Source: Octopus vulgaris (lineage: Eukaryota). From it: 64,000 nucleotides of DNA. Location: assembly GCA_951406725.2 (NCBI GenBank), contig OX597814.1:96782001-96846000 (forward strand). The letters run 5' to 3'. A program made the position numbers and the translations under genes. Positions 1-12,415 of the stretch are shown in pieces. The notes under the pieces were generated by a model that saw nothing but the letters and a program-made list of their open reading frames with translations, ran no database searches and had not been told where the DNA came from. Each line of letters starts with the position of its first letter. Positions within the stretch are counted from its first letter, which is position 1.

Positions 1-43
1 ACAGAAACAAGTTCAAACAAGTTTGCAGTCAGCAAGTAATGAT

Positions 44-260
44 AATCCTTTCTACTATAGGCACAAGGCCTGAAATTTTGGGGGAAGAGACTAGTCGATT
101 ACACCGAACCCAGTATTACACTGGTACTTATTTTATCAACCCCGAAAGGATGAAAGGCAAAGTTGACCTCGACGGAATTTGAACTCAGAACGTAGCGACG
201 GGCAAACTACCGTTAAGCATTTCGCCCGGCGTGCTGACGATTCTGCCAGCTTGCCACCTT
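44..260 (-). mobile_element. tRNA-derived SINE, family A (Nin/Deu-like core, (ATT)n tail)
   Basis: Minus strand reads GGTGGCAAGCTGGCAGAATCG (A-box-like), GAGTTCAAATTCC (B-box), then GTCAACTTTGCCTTTCATCCTTTCGGGGTTGATAAAATAAGTACCAG, ending AGAAAGGATT(ATT). More than 10 homologous copies occur in the window. Confidence 0.85.
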
Positions 261-261
261 G

Positions 262-279
262 ATAATAATAATAATGATG

Positions 280-361
<82 letters not shown>
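262..361. repeat. (TAA)n microsatellite
   Basis: Direct reading; source of the poly-N/I/L ORFs. Confidence 0.98.
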
Positions 362-363
<2 letters not shown>

Positions 364-2440
364 CTATCAACAAAAAAAATACAGAAGAATACAGATCTGC
401 TAGCCTTAAGAAGCTGCGCTGCGAACAATGTTTATGTGCAGAGAATCCTAAACTGACAGATCCGTCTCTTAATGTAAGAGTCGAAGCTCGTCATGCTTCA
501 ATGTCAACAAAACAACCTACAATCCGCGATGGTCGGCGAGCGGACTACAAAAGACCACGTACCCGAAAATTGAACCAAAGCCTGATTGAAAAATCAGCTA
601 CTGGATCAAATCTTCCCGACATACAGGAGCTGGACGTACCCCGCAACTGGAATATTCCAACAGATGGCCATCCATGCTCGTCACCAAACACTCAAAAGAA
701 AAAGAAGGAAAAATGGACTAGGGAAGATAATAAAGAAGTTCTTGCGGCCTTCTACCATGCCATATATTTCCCCACAGATAAATCGAACACTATACAAACC
801 TACATAAACTGGAGGCAGAAGCACCCTGAAGTAAGACCCTACATAGACAGTAACAAACTTGCCAACGTCAGAAGAAACATAAAAAAAAATTACTGACTGA
901 AATAGAGATTGATCAGTAACGGATAGAATGAACGAAACTGCAGCTAAAGAAGATAATACAGAGGAAATAATTATAGACCAGCCCAGGGCTGATAAAAACA
1001 AAGTAAGGATTGAAAGAGTTAGTATAAGTGATAGGCAAAGTGAAATACTCCCTGAACCAAATATAAACACTAAGACAGATGAACATCAAATAGATGAAGA
1101 AAGTCACGCAAATATTGACCCGACAGAACTACATGAGCTTAAAAGTCAAATCATGATTGAATGGCTGAAAATTAAAGAAACCAGTATGGATGAACGTGAT
1201 ACACTCCCTAAAATCCGCAACTCTAACCAAAACATGAAAATAAATGGTACAACCCGGCTTGCACTTAAGGATATAATTTCAGCTAATGATGTTGATATCA
1301 CAGATCTCAACCACCTATACTATGCATCTGCGAAAATCTCAACGATCCTATGTGGTGAAAAGATTAGAAAACGGCAACATTTCCACAAAAAGCCTTCTTG
1401 GCAAGAGCGTTTGCAACAACAAATTAAACTATTTAGATCTGACATTGAATATTTGAAAAACCTTAAGGTTCATAAGACTACCAAACCTGCAAAAACTCAA
1501 AAACTAATGAAAAAATATATGAAAACTATACTTGATATTGATGCCACCATAGAAACCATCAAGCAAAAGGTATCTGCTAAAGCTGTCCGCATAGCGAGGT
1601 ATGAAAAGTGTGTTAGATTCTTCAGGGACAACAACATGTTCAAAAATAACCCCAAAAATATTTACAGGAAGATGGGAAAAACACCAGTTACTGTAAAGTC
1701 TGTACCATCAAAAGAAGTGCAGGGATTTTGGAACAAAATTTTGGCAGAAGAAAAAACACACAGCGAAAAGGCCCCTGGATTGATAGAATATCTAAAGAAC
1801 TGGACTCCTTAGAAGAGCAAAAGTGGGAGGGTGTCAAGGTAGAAGATATAAGATCTGCTCTCAGGAGGTCAAGCAAATGGAAGTCTCCAGTGCTTGAAAG
1901 TGACCACATCTCACTCCTCTAGAACTTCACCATTCAAACTGACAGAAAGATAGATGCAAATAGGCCAGACATCATATTGAAAGACTTCAATCAAAGATCA
2001 TGCCTCCTCATTGATATGACTGTCCCAATCGATATAAACGTATCTATCAAGATCTACCAAAAACTGAGCAAATATAAAGATCTTGAAATAGAAATCAGCA
2101 AAATGTGGAACCTGAAGACTAAAACAATACCTGTTGTCATAGGTGCCCTGGGAATGATAGCAAAAGGGGCAGATACCAGGAAACCCAAAAATGGCAGAAA
2201 TTCAAAAGATAGTACTCATGGGAACTGCTCATATCCTACACAAAATACTTTCTATGTAATCTCAAGGTTTAAAACAAACATTTTTTTTTTTGACATCCAC
2301 CAGTACAACACAAAAAACAACCAAATATATGGCACACTAGGCATAACAACAACGTGAACTTCCAAGCTGTTGTCTCTTGAGGTCTCCGGGTGAGACTTGG
2401 AGCCAACTTGTACAAATATAAAGCAAAAGTCAAACATATG
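362..2440 (+). mobile_element. R4/Dong-clade non-LTR retrotransposon, frameshifted, RT domain missing
   Basis: N-terminal region (KWTREDNKEVLAAFY..., KKPSWQERLQQQI, RFFRDNNMFKNNPK, WKSP) joins directly to a restriction-like endonuclease (NFTIQTDRKIDANRPDII...LLIDMTVP...KLSKYKDLEIEISKMW...PVVIGALG), then a 3' UTR and (TAA)n. Confidence 0.85.
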
Positions 2441-2494
2441 ATAATAATAATAATAATAATAATAATAATCCTTTCTTTCTACTATGGGCACAAG

Positions 2495-3235
2495 GCACAG
2501 TGTCATGGGCCAAAAGTTATCAGCGGGATCTCTCCCGTTATTTGGTCCCTTCTCAACAGGGCTATCGCTCCTCGATTCACAGGACTAAGAGTTCTTCCAT
2601 TCTGTTGTCAGTTGCTGTAGGTATCTGCGAAATGCCTCCAAAGAAGTTTGGCATATCAAAGTAAAGATTGTTGGGGGGACCATCCAAACCAGGCGATTTG
2701 CTCCTTTACAGCTAGCCATCGTTTTCTGTATGTCAGTGGTTGTTACGGGTTTTTTGCAACACTCCGCCTCTCTCACCGAGAGTCGCAACAGAGCGTGGAC
2801 AAAAACATTGAAATCCCTCATGCGTTCCAGCCCGCCATTCATCCCAAGCAGTTAACAGAGTGCTGCAGAAAACCTTATACATCTGATCACGGTTTAGTGA
2901 TATGCGCCCATTATTGTCCGTCAAAGAGCGAATTGGGGTTTTGTTGTCACGTTGAACTTCGATCATTCGAACCCATCGAACTGCTTTCGTCTCTTCATGT
3001 CTTAAAATACGTTCCTCAACTATGACAATGCATATTTTGTGCTTCACGTTGAAGAATTAGTCGAGCATGTTGGTTGTAATGCCTTTCCTAAGTGCCTCTT
3101 CTAAGTTTTTAAGTCGCTGTCTATTTTTCTACTCGATTCTACTCAAATCGCCACTTTCAGGGCGAACCACAATTTGATGCTAACGATTAATTCCCGCCAA
3201 CGTATTGTACGATGAGTTCGTCTTCCAGTAACCGG
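2495..3235 (-). mobile_element. Tx1/L1-clade LINE fragment (EN-RT linker and RT start)
   Basis: Frameshifted translation IRSLTDNNG...LRLSVREAECCKKPVTTTDIQKTMASCKG(KSPGLDG)...DNFWPMTL, resembling the KSPG.DG and N.RPI.L motifs. Confidence 0.7.
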
Positions 3236-3237
3236 TA

Positions 3238-3370
3238 TACATACATACAAACATACATACACACTACCCATTCATACATACAGATACACACACATACACA
3301 CATACACACATACATACATACATACATACATACATACATACATACATACATACATACATACATACATACA
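3238..3370. repeat. (TACA)n/(CA)n microsatellite
   Basis: Direct reading. Confidence 0.95.
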
Positions 3371-3374
3371 TGCT

Positions 3375-5435
3375 CCACTATTCATGACCTCATTTCCTCC
3401 TCTCGTCTCCCTCCCACCACCTCCAGCCTCGTTGTCCGTACTCCACTGACCACCACTATTTACTTCCTTCCCAAAATTCACAACCCCAACAACCCTGGCC
3501 GCCCCGTCGTCTCCGCCTTCAACTGCCCCACAGAAATGGTTTCCAAATAACTCGACCGTATCCTTGCCCCTCTAGTGGTTTCCCTCCTCTCCCACATCCA
3601 CAACACCAACCATGCTCTCCGTTTAACTCTTTCTCCTTCCCTTCTGGCCCCTCTCAACTTCTGATCAGTCGTATAAAACTTTATATACGGTCCTCTTTCA
3701 CAACGAAGGTCTTCTTGCGTTTAAACACTTCCTAGACCTTTGGCCTGACCCTCAAACTGACTTCTTCCTCACTTCTTCGACTGACCGAACTTGTACTCTC
3801 CCTGAACTACTTCTCGTTCGTGGGAGAATTTTAAAAACAGAACTCGGGAGTGGGCATGGGAACGAAAATAGGCCTCAACTATACCAACCTGTTCGCTGGC
3901 TACGTTGAGGCCCAAATATTCTCACAATTGACTGGTCCCACTCCCGAGCAATACGGTCGTTATATCGATGACTGTATCGGCGCGACCTCACTTTCACGCG
4001 AACAGCTGAACTCCTTCCGCTTTTTTGTCCAATCTTTCCATCCTGCCCTCGAATTCTCCTGCACTATCTCTAACTATTCCGTCGGATTTCTCGACATTTC
4101 TCTCAGTTTACACCACTCTGCTCTCACTACCTCCATCCACTACAAACACACTGACGCACACTCTTACCTTAACTTTTCTTTCTCCCACCCTACCGACACC
4201 AAGCTCTTCATCTCCTACTCACGATTCCTCCGTCTACGCAGGTGCTGCGTAGCAGTGATGACCGTGACTTTGAGACTTCAGTCTCAACTTATGGCTTGCC
4301 ACTTCATCCTACGTGGATATCTCCTCACTATTATCCACACTGCCCTAGCCGGGGCACGATCTGTGGACCGTGCCTCTGCTCTTTCTCCGTACCCGCCCCA
4401 CCCTTACCCGTTTCCCCTTACCTGCCACCCTACCCCTCCAACGTACCATTTTCCGAGCCTTCCGGCGACTCCAGTCTGACCCTCCACCTCGCACATTTTC
4501 CCTAACCTACCTGTGACCTCTTGGTCCACCGTTTCTTTCCTACCCGGCCTCCCAGCCTGGTTTCTTCCCCTGCTCCCACCCACGCTACTGCCCCTACCTC
4601 TCCCTCACCATCATCTTCACAGGTACCCATCACCGTCCCTATCACGTCACCGAATCCTTTACCTGCACCTCTAGTAATGTTATTTACTGCATCTACTGCT
4701 CTCTCTGTCCTTCCCGGTACATTGGTCAAACGGGACACCGCTTGACTGACCGATTCGCGGAGCACCTCCGAGACATCAGACTCGGTGATGACACCCCGAT
4801 CTCGCGCCATTTCTGCTCTACCGATCATTCGCTACAACATCTATTTGTGTTCGGACTGTCTCTTCACAGGGGCCACCCGGACTCCCGCCTTCGCCGTGAA
4901 CAGGTTTTAATCTACTCTCTTCGTTCCTTTGTGCAATATGGGCTCAACTCACCTCCTCCCTTCATTTGACACCAACCCCACACGGATTCTCACTTGCCTC
5001 CCACAAACAAATGCCTCCACCTACACACCTGCATACCACCATCCTCGGTACCCTCACCTGCACGCACCACTATACACACACCCATACACACTGTTCAACT
5101 CATCACCCAGTTCACACATCATTACACACACCCACAACACCTTCCCACTCCACACTCACACTAGCACTGACCACTTCTCAGCACCCACACCACACACCAT
5201 CATCCACACACCCACACACAATCTTCAATAGCGTCTTCCAATCATTCGCCATGTTGGTCCGCTGAACCCTACACGTTTGTTTCCTTTTCTCTATTTATTT
5301 CTTCTTATTCCTTTCCGTCGAATAGCGTAGACTCGAAATGTAAAAGACTTTTTCATTTTTCCGAGCATCAAACTAATATACTTGCCTGTTGTTCCTACAC
5401 CTGCCTTCGTCTTTTGTTTTTCTATATCTTTTAAC
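3375..5435 (+). mobile_element. Penelope-like element (RT + GIY-YIG), decayed, with 3' pLTR
   Basis: IYFLPKIHNPNNPGRPVVS, GMGTKIGLNY, YGRYIDDC, GFLDI, HYKHTDAHSYLNFSFSHP; GIY-YIG SNVIYCIYCSLCPSRYIGQTGHRLTDRFAEH...ISRHF. A decayed hammerhead-like motif lies at ~5315-5345. Confidence 0.92.
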
Positions 5436-5458
5436 TGTATATATATATATATATATAT

Positions 5459-5841
5459 AATGCAAAATGGGACAAGAACGCAAAACATCCAGACAGGTGA
5501 TACAAAAAAGGGACAACAAAACATTCAGATAGACGATACAAAGAAAACAAGGACGGGTCATTCGGAGTTTTCTTTCCTCAGTTGAGTTGCAGATTATCTT
5601 TGCAATTTCGGCTGGTTGTACTCGAGATTGCTCCAATCTGGCCAGCCCCAAGGAAAAACTAAGCTAAGAGCATTAGATTCCTTGGAAGAAAGCAGCGAAT
5701 GTATACGAAAACAAGGGCGGAAAAAAACAGAGAATGTTACACAAATACAAATAACAGGGCATACAACAGGTGTCTTTCGACTAAGGACGAATTAAATTAA
5801 GCTGGCGTGTGTGGAAATAAAGCCTTACGGCAGGGATATAC

Positions 5842-5845
<4 letters not shown>
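5459..5845 (-). repeat. Probable PLE pLTR-derived repeat between (TA)n tracts
   Basis: Non-coding block bounded by TA tracts, with purine-rich ends like other pLTR relics here; family not identified. Confidence 0.35.
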
Positions 5846-5889
<44 letters not shown>

Positions 5890-5954
5890 GCACATACATA
5901 CATACATACATACATACATACATACATACATACATACATACATACATACATAAT

Positions 5955-6500
5955 GTTCGTAATGTTCGTCCTTCGGGTTCGAAGATGACCATTGACATCA
6001 TTTGGTGGAATTGCTGCTATGAGACCGGAGGTGGCTGGTGAGGCCTATCCGGGCAAGAAAGCCCCTCCCACAGGTGGGGCAGAAGTGGGTAGGGGCTGTG
6101 CTATTGGTGCAGGTGGCTCTGGCTTTCCGCATCTGGCGTTTCTGTTCTGCTGACTGAATCCGTCTCTCCTCGGCTGTCTTTGATCCTGTGGTGATTGCGC
6201 TGCGCCAGGATGAGCGGTCGGCAGCAAGTGTCTCCCAAGTCTCTGTGCCGGTGGAGAAGTCCTTGAGAGAGACTTTGAGACTGTCCTTGAAGCGCTTCTT
6301 CTGCCCTCCGACTTTGCGTTTGCCCTGACTGAGTTCACCATAGAAGAGCTGTTTTGGGATGCGAGTGTCGGACATGCGGGAGACGTGGCCTGCCCATCTC
6401 AGCTGGGCCTTGCGCATGATCGTGATGGTGCTAGGGAGATCTGCCTGCTTCAGAACTTCCGTGTCTGGGACTTTGTCCTGCCGGCGGATGTGAAGGAGGT
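5955..6500 (-). mobile_element. RTE-clade (BovB-like) LINE 3' end
   Basis: QLRWAGHVSRMSDTRIPKQLFYGEL...GGQKKRFKDSLK...WETLAADRSSWR and C2H2 finger CPTCGRGFLARIGLTSHLRSH; short tandem tail (ACGAACATT)x2. Confidence 0.92.
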
Positions 6501-6950
6501 GCGATTGGCTGCACTAAACCTGCCTAGCCTTGAACATCGCCGTCTCAAGGGGATATAATCAACATGTATAGGTATACGCACGGCCTGTACCTGACCAACT
6601 GTCCCCAATTCAACTACTTCCAAGGCAGAAATACAAGAGGACACAGCCTGGAATTGGAAAGATCACACTGCAGGCTCAACATTAGAAGCTGCTTTTTCGT
6701 ACAGCGTGTGACCACCACATGGAGCAGTCTGCCAAACAGAGTGGTCCGCAGCTCCATCAGTTAATGCCTTCAAGAACCGGCTTGACGCACACTGGAAGGA
6801 GCTTCCTGCAAAATTTGACCCTGTCTGTTGTTACTATTAGCTACAACTGTCGAAGTGTTGTACCACACATGACAAATTAATTGTAGTGGAAAAGGGCCTG
6901 TGAACAAGCTCCTAGGAGCTTCAACACGGAAACCATCCAGTATCCAGTAA
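6500..6950 (+). mobile_element. CR1-group LINE 3' end
   Basis: RLAALNLPSLEHRRLKGDIINMYR...TRGHSLEL...RLNIRSCFFVQRVTTTWSSLP...FKNRLD is a typical CR1 ORF2 C-terminus. Confidence 0.88.
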
Positions 6951-7731
6951 ACATATAGCACAATATACTGGAGGTGTGTTCATTTTTTTAATTACACAAA
7001 ATAATATAAGGGTCAGATCAAGGATCTCCACAGTTTTGATCATCTTCATCTCTAATTCGCAATTCGTTCAAGTTCAGAGTATGGCCAGTCTCAAAAGTGT
7101 CTGTGAGTAAATCGTGGGTCAGAGCAGATAAGAAAAAGATTATGTCTTCGTTGTGATTAAGATACACTTCTACGTAGCACTTAAATGTTTTGTTTGCTTT
7201 TTTTTTTACACTAGAAAATTATATTCAGCTAATCCTCGTTAATCTGCAATATATCTTTCCCTGACTATTTTTGTAGGTCATTTAAATCACGCAACATTTC
7301 GTTCGTTATACTAAGTACTATTAAAATTAGTGAGGCTCGAGTGAGCTCTACTTATAATGTTTTGCTAGTTTTAAGTTAAAGACAGAAGGGCTTCTTTCTT
7401 ATTTTTCTGTTTCCCGACACTTCCGTCCCCTGCCCAATGCTCATCTCCTCCTAGTTGGCACAAGACGATGAACGGAAGACAATCATAAGCTTCCTGACTG
7501 CTAGCGTCTGGAACTGTGGACGAAATGAGTCTTTAATCCTTTGTCTGTCCAAAGTATTTTCACAGGTTTGTCTTAAACGTTCATGCTTGTTTTCTGACTT
7601 TCAGTTAGCACTTGTTTCATACATTCCGTGTAATATAAATCTTGTCTTTCATAAGTCCCAATTCATTCTTGTCTCTGAAAAACCAAATTGGGGAATATAC
7701 ATCATATATGTATATATACGACACGTATATT

Positions 7732-8421
7732 TGTAACGGTTAAGATTGGTTAGGTACACAATAATATGAAATGTCGGAGTCATTTGTCGGAGTTGTAACG
7801 ATAAAAATTTGTTGTTATATCGGCATGTTGTAGGATGTGAAAGATGAACAAAGCATAAAGTTTTAAGAAAGTATTTATTTACCTTTACGTTGAAAGTTCC
7901 TTACCTCGACGGGCAGGTTATAAGATCTGAGAGCATGCGAAGTAAAGATAGATATATAGTTTGTGTTTGTGTTCTCTTAGCAGCAAGCCACAGATAACGA
8001 TAGAATGATGTTATCAGAGAACAGAATTAGAGTTAGTACGAGTGAGAGGGTGTGGGACGAAACAACTGCTTCGTTGGTCGGCCAGACTTCGGTCTCCCTG
8101 AGTCGTTACCAAAGTAACTGTCTTTTGCTTGCGGGTTCTTGTTTTTATAACTATCCAGAAGGATAGGCATATCGTTGTGAACAATGGGCTTCGTTGGTGG
8201 TACTGTGATATCTCTATTCTAGCTTTTGGTGAAGTAGAAGAGGTTAGAAAGGGTGAAGTGGTGAAGACATTATTTCGGCCAAGCTAAAGGCAATCTGGCA
8301 AATGTAGAACAACTGTCACTGAAAAAAAAAAAAAACATTGTTCCACCGTGAGAAAAGTTCTGTTAAACTGTTAATTTAAATTTGGCTATGATGGATCGAA
8401 TCCACTTCATGCTTGCAAGAT

Positions 8422-8425
<4 letters not shown>
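7732..8425 (-). mobile_element. Probable solo LTR
   Basis: Ends in GTTACA on the minus strand (7732), with TATAAAA (~8143-8150) and AATAAA (~7874-7880) in LTR order. Sits in TA-rich flanks; a diverged partial copy is at ~61310-61570. Confidence 0.5.
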
Positions 8426-8489
<64 letters not shown>

Positions 8490-8501
8490 TATATACATAT
8501 A

Positions 8502-8544
<43 letters not shown>

Positions 8545-9136
8545 GTGTATACACACATATATGACATATGATTATATATATAACATGTTGCTCTGGCGTC
8601 TATCATATATGGTGGGCGCCAGGGCAATATGTCCTACGTGTCACACGTGATACATAGGCAAAGGGTTAATCACTTCCGCTCTCTATATTCGTCTATATTG
8701 TGTTGCAAAGATCGCAGCAAACTAGCATTCAATGTCGCCGCTGTTGATGTTTCTAAACATCATAATTGTCCATAGAAATGTACATCATTTTGTTTTTCAA
8801 AGGATATGTGGTTTTGCTGTATATTAATTCATTTAATTCTGGTTTGCTTTTCGGTGAGCTTGTAACTTTCAAGCTTTTTCTTTGGGGAGGTTGTCGACTT
8901 AATTGTCTCAAAGTTGAGTAAACGTGAACAAGAAAAAGATCTGTTAAAACAAAATGTTTTATCGCCTACCCCACCCCGCCCCAAAAAATGGGTGAAACAT
9001 ATACATGTAAACTTGTTTCCTGTGTTTGTTGTTAGTCGACAAAACAGAAGACAAATTTTCAATTGTTAAAAGGAAACTATAAATCAAATGGGAGTGATAC
9101 ATAACACGTTTTGCTAGGACAGTACACAACAACAAT

Positions 9137-9706
9137 TTTTCTTCTAGAGGCACAAGGCCTGAATTATGTGGGAAGTGGGGTTGTCGATTATTTCGACGCC
9201 AGTGCTCAATTGACACTTCTTTTTATCAGCACCAAAACGATGAAAGACAAAGTCAACCTCGGCAGTATTTGAACTCAGATTGAAAAGTTGAAAGAAATGC
9301 CGCTAAGCATTTAGCATTTTTCCGAAGTGCTGATGATTATGTCAGTTCTCCAATTCTTTTTGCTATGGGCACAAAGTCTGAAATTCCGGGGAAGGAAGAT
9401 AATCAATCATATCCACCTTGTGCTTAACTGGTACTTATTTTATCGACCTTGAGAAAATGAAAGGTAAAGTCAACCTCAGCAGGATTTGAACTTAGGACGT
9501 AGAATCAGCAGAAGTGTTGCTAAGCATTTTGTTCGATATAATAACGATTCTGCCCGCCCACCTTCAATCAATTAATACGAGATCGATTTTGCCTTTATCT
9601 TTTCGAGGTCGATTAAATAAGTACCAGTTACAACTGGGGTTGATGTAATCGAGTTACCTCCTCCCCGCAAATTTCAGGCCTTGTGTCTATAATAGAAAGG
9701 ATTATA
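9137..9706. mobile_element. Cluster of family A SINEs (two tandem minus copies, one plus 3' half)
   Basis: Homology to 44-260 at ~9137-9355 (-), ~9356-9564 (-) and ~9578-9706 (+). Confidence 0.82.
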
Positions 9707-10320
9707 TAATGAAAACTCAGTTTATTTTGCTGGGTTTTATGGAAAGTGTCAGCTGTCCATGGCCAGCAAACTAAAGTGACACTTGTTTACTAGTCATGCT
9801 TGAAGAACCCTGCGAAGAATTCTTGCAGTTCCAAGCAATGCTGATTTTTGTAGGCGTTCTACCTTCACACTTGCTCCAATATTATTCAGTTAAGTTGGTA
9901 GTTGAATGTTGATATTTCCAAGTTCACCAATTACTATTGGCATCACGTCTACTCTCCTCATTGATCACAACATTCGTATTTCCCACTGCAAATCGTCATA
10001 GTTTTCTTGTTTTTTTATTTATTTTTCTTTCACATTGATCCTGTTGTCACCGCGGCATGCTATGTCGATTATCATACATGTTCTTCCTTTTTTGTTCACC
10101 ACAACAATGTCCCGTTTCCGATGTCTGGTCAGGTGATTGCACTGAATCATTGAATCCCACAGGATTTTGCAATACTCATTCTCGGTTGCTTCTTCTGGGG
10201 TATACTCATACCACGTCTTTGCTCTTTGTAGGCTGTGATTTCCACAGAGTTCCCAATGGAACATTCTTGCCACATTGTCATAGTGTCTTTCGTATTCGCA
10301 TTGTGCCAATTTCGGGCATT
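9707..10320 (-). mobile_element. R4/Dong LINE 3' fragment (RLE domain)
   Basis: AQCEYERHYDNVARMFHWELC...KILWDSMIQCNHLTRHRKRDIVVVNK...CMIIDIAC. Confidence 0.85.
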
Positions 10321-11120
10321 CGCTAACGATGTGCCATACCGTTTCACCCCTGTAACTACAAATTTTAATAATTTACAGAGAAACTTTGAGGGAATACTTT
10401 TCTTTGACCGTTTTTCAAAGGCTTTCGTGCATGCTTTCACTCACTCATCGTGATCGACGTTGGGGTATAAGGAAGAAACATCTATGGTTACCAAAAAACA
10501 GTCTCTAACACTACTTCGGTGTTTGGAAAATTTGTTCAATTTGGAAACAAAATCAAAAGTATCTCGAATGTAGGAACTTAATCTTTTAGCTACTGGAAGA
10601 AGAAAGCCACTCAGCCATTCGGAAATTTTAACAGTGCAACATTCATACCTGCTGCAAATTGGGCGCAATAGAGCAAATTTTTCGAATTTTTTATGTATTT
10701 TTGGAAGACCGTAAAATACAGGTGTTCTAATAGCTTAGATTCCGTGTCATTTATGAAATTCTTTTCCTCTATTTCCAAAATTATTTTATCAAGTTCTTCT
10801 CTGTAGTTCTTCATAAGAAGTTATATCACTTAAAACTTCTTCACAAGTTGAAATGTACTCGTCTTTGTCCATAATTACAATAACGCCTCCTTTATCCGCC
10901 ATTTTGATAACAATAGAATCATTGTTTGCTAGGCTACAGAGCGCGGTACGCTGGGAATCCGTAAAGTTATTCCAGCTCTTTTTCTTACAGATTTTAAGGC
11001 TTTCCCTAATCCCTGTCCGACAAGATTCGAGAAATTCCAACAGTGCTTGGGAACGTCCCTCCCGAACGTTATCCGGATACAAATTTGAATTCTTGGGGGA
11101 GGGGGCTTTGATGGAAATCC
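10321..11120 (-). mobile_element. Penelope-like element RT N-terminal fragment
   Basis: LCSLANNDSIVIKMADKGGVIVIMDKDEY, FYGLPKIHK, LRPICS, SYIRDTFDFV, LVTIDVSSLYPNVDHDE. Confidence 0.9.
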
Positions 11121-11935
11121 TCACTTAAAACATGGAATCTGTCTTAGAACTTGGACTTAGTTTCTGCCCAAGCACTAAGAATTTTGACAAAAAGAAATTA
11201 ACAGAAGGAATATATCAGTTTGTCCGCCGTCACAAGCTCCTAGAATATTTTTTTGAAAGAATTGGTAACGGGGAGTCAGAAACCCTCATGTCTGTTGAAA
11301 GAAATGATGATGATCGGATCTGGCATAATTGGATTTTAAAGAATCTTTACAGGTGGGACCGGTAAAGATTCCCATTTGCTGTATGCAGTGGAATGCACCA
11401 AACACAAAAATGATTTATGTTGGTTGCACAACAGAACGATTGCAAAAAAAGATTTAACAAACATAAGTACGACGTCAGGCACAATAACAATGGCTCCACG
11501 GAACTTGCGGAGCATTTCACATCAAACGGGTGTAAATTTGAGGAGCACCTAAAGGTGCAAATTCTCAAAAAGTACCTTTACTTTCAGTCTTCAAAACCCA
11601 TGGGGATAGATATACTTGTGAGCTGTTGATATCTCAACCTGGAGGAATTAATAAAATGGCAAGTGAATTTCCACCGTATTTATACTAAACGTTTTGAGTG
11701 AATAATTTTTTCTCAAATTCTTTTCTTTCTTTCCTTCCTTCTGCCACCTTTTGTGAAAGACCGAAGACTGATGACATCGTTTTAATTGGAAGGAAATGCA
11801 GTTACTCCAGTTTAATTTTGAATGCTTCAGCGTTTCATTTCATTTTAATAAACAAAGTCAATCTCTATTTATTACAAATAACAGCTGCACTCTTCTTGTT
11901 TTTTTACCTTCGTGAAAAATAACTTCAATCTTGAA
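11121..11935 (+). mobile_element. Penelope-like element pieces: extreme N-terminus, GIY-YIG end and pLTR
   Basis: SVLELGLSFCP...FVRRHKLLEYF, then IYVGCTTERLQKRFNKHKYD...ELAEHF. A decayed hammerhead CTGATGA...GAAA lies at ~11768-11810. Confidence 0.82.
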
Positions 11936-11984
11936 ATATTATTATTATTATTATTATTATAATTATTATTATTATTATTTTCAT

Positions 11985-12415
11985 TAACCAAAGGCTGTAG
12001 TGAAAGAGGTAGTATGGTGGACCCGTTTGAAAAGGCTAAACACAGACACTTTCCTCTTTGACCAGGAAGTTGAGGGTGGACAGGGAAGTGTTGCCTTGTA
12101 GCAAGTTTGTTGAAAAGTGGGTGAATGTTGGAAGAATGGCCAATGTGAAAGGACCAATTCTAAGTGTTCACCTGTGAAAAAATTAAAAGAGAAGGGCTCT
12201 TGCCCTGATGATCAAGCACCCTTGGCTTTTCTGGGGTTTTCCACAAGGACCTTAACGTGCCTCCCCTATTGGGACTTTTAATTTGTTCAATTCTAATTGT
12301 TATTTATATTGTTTACATGTGGAAAACCCATTGTATTGTCCCGTTTTTGTCTTTTATGTTGTTGCATGTCCTTTGATGTTATTTTACATGAGCCCTTGTG
12401 GCTAATAAAAGAATA

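Noticed and set aside
928-1812. Host protein-coding gene (294-aa ORF)
   Set aside because: It is the pre-RT region of a frameshifted R4/Dong element.
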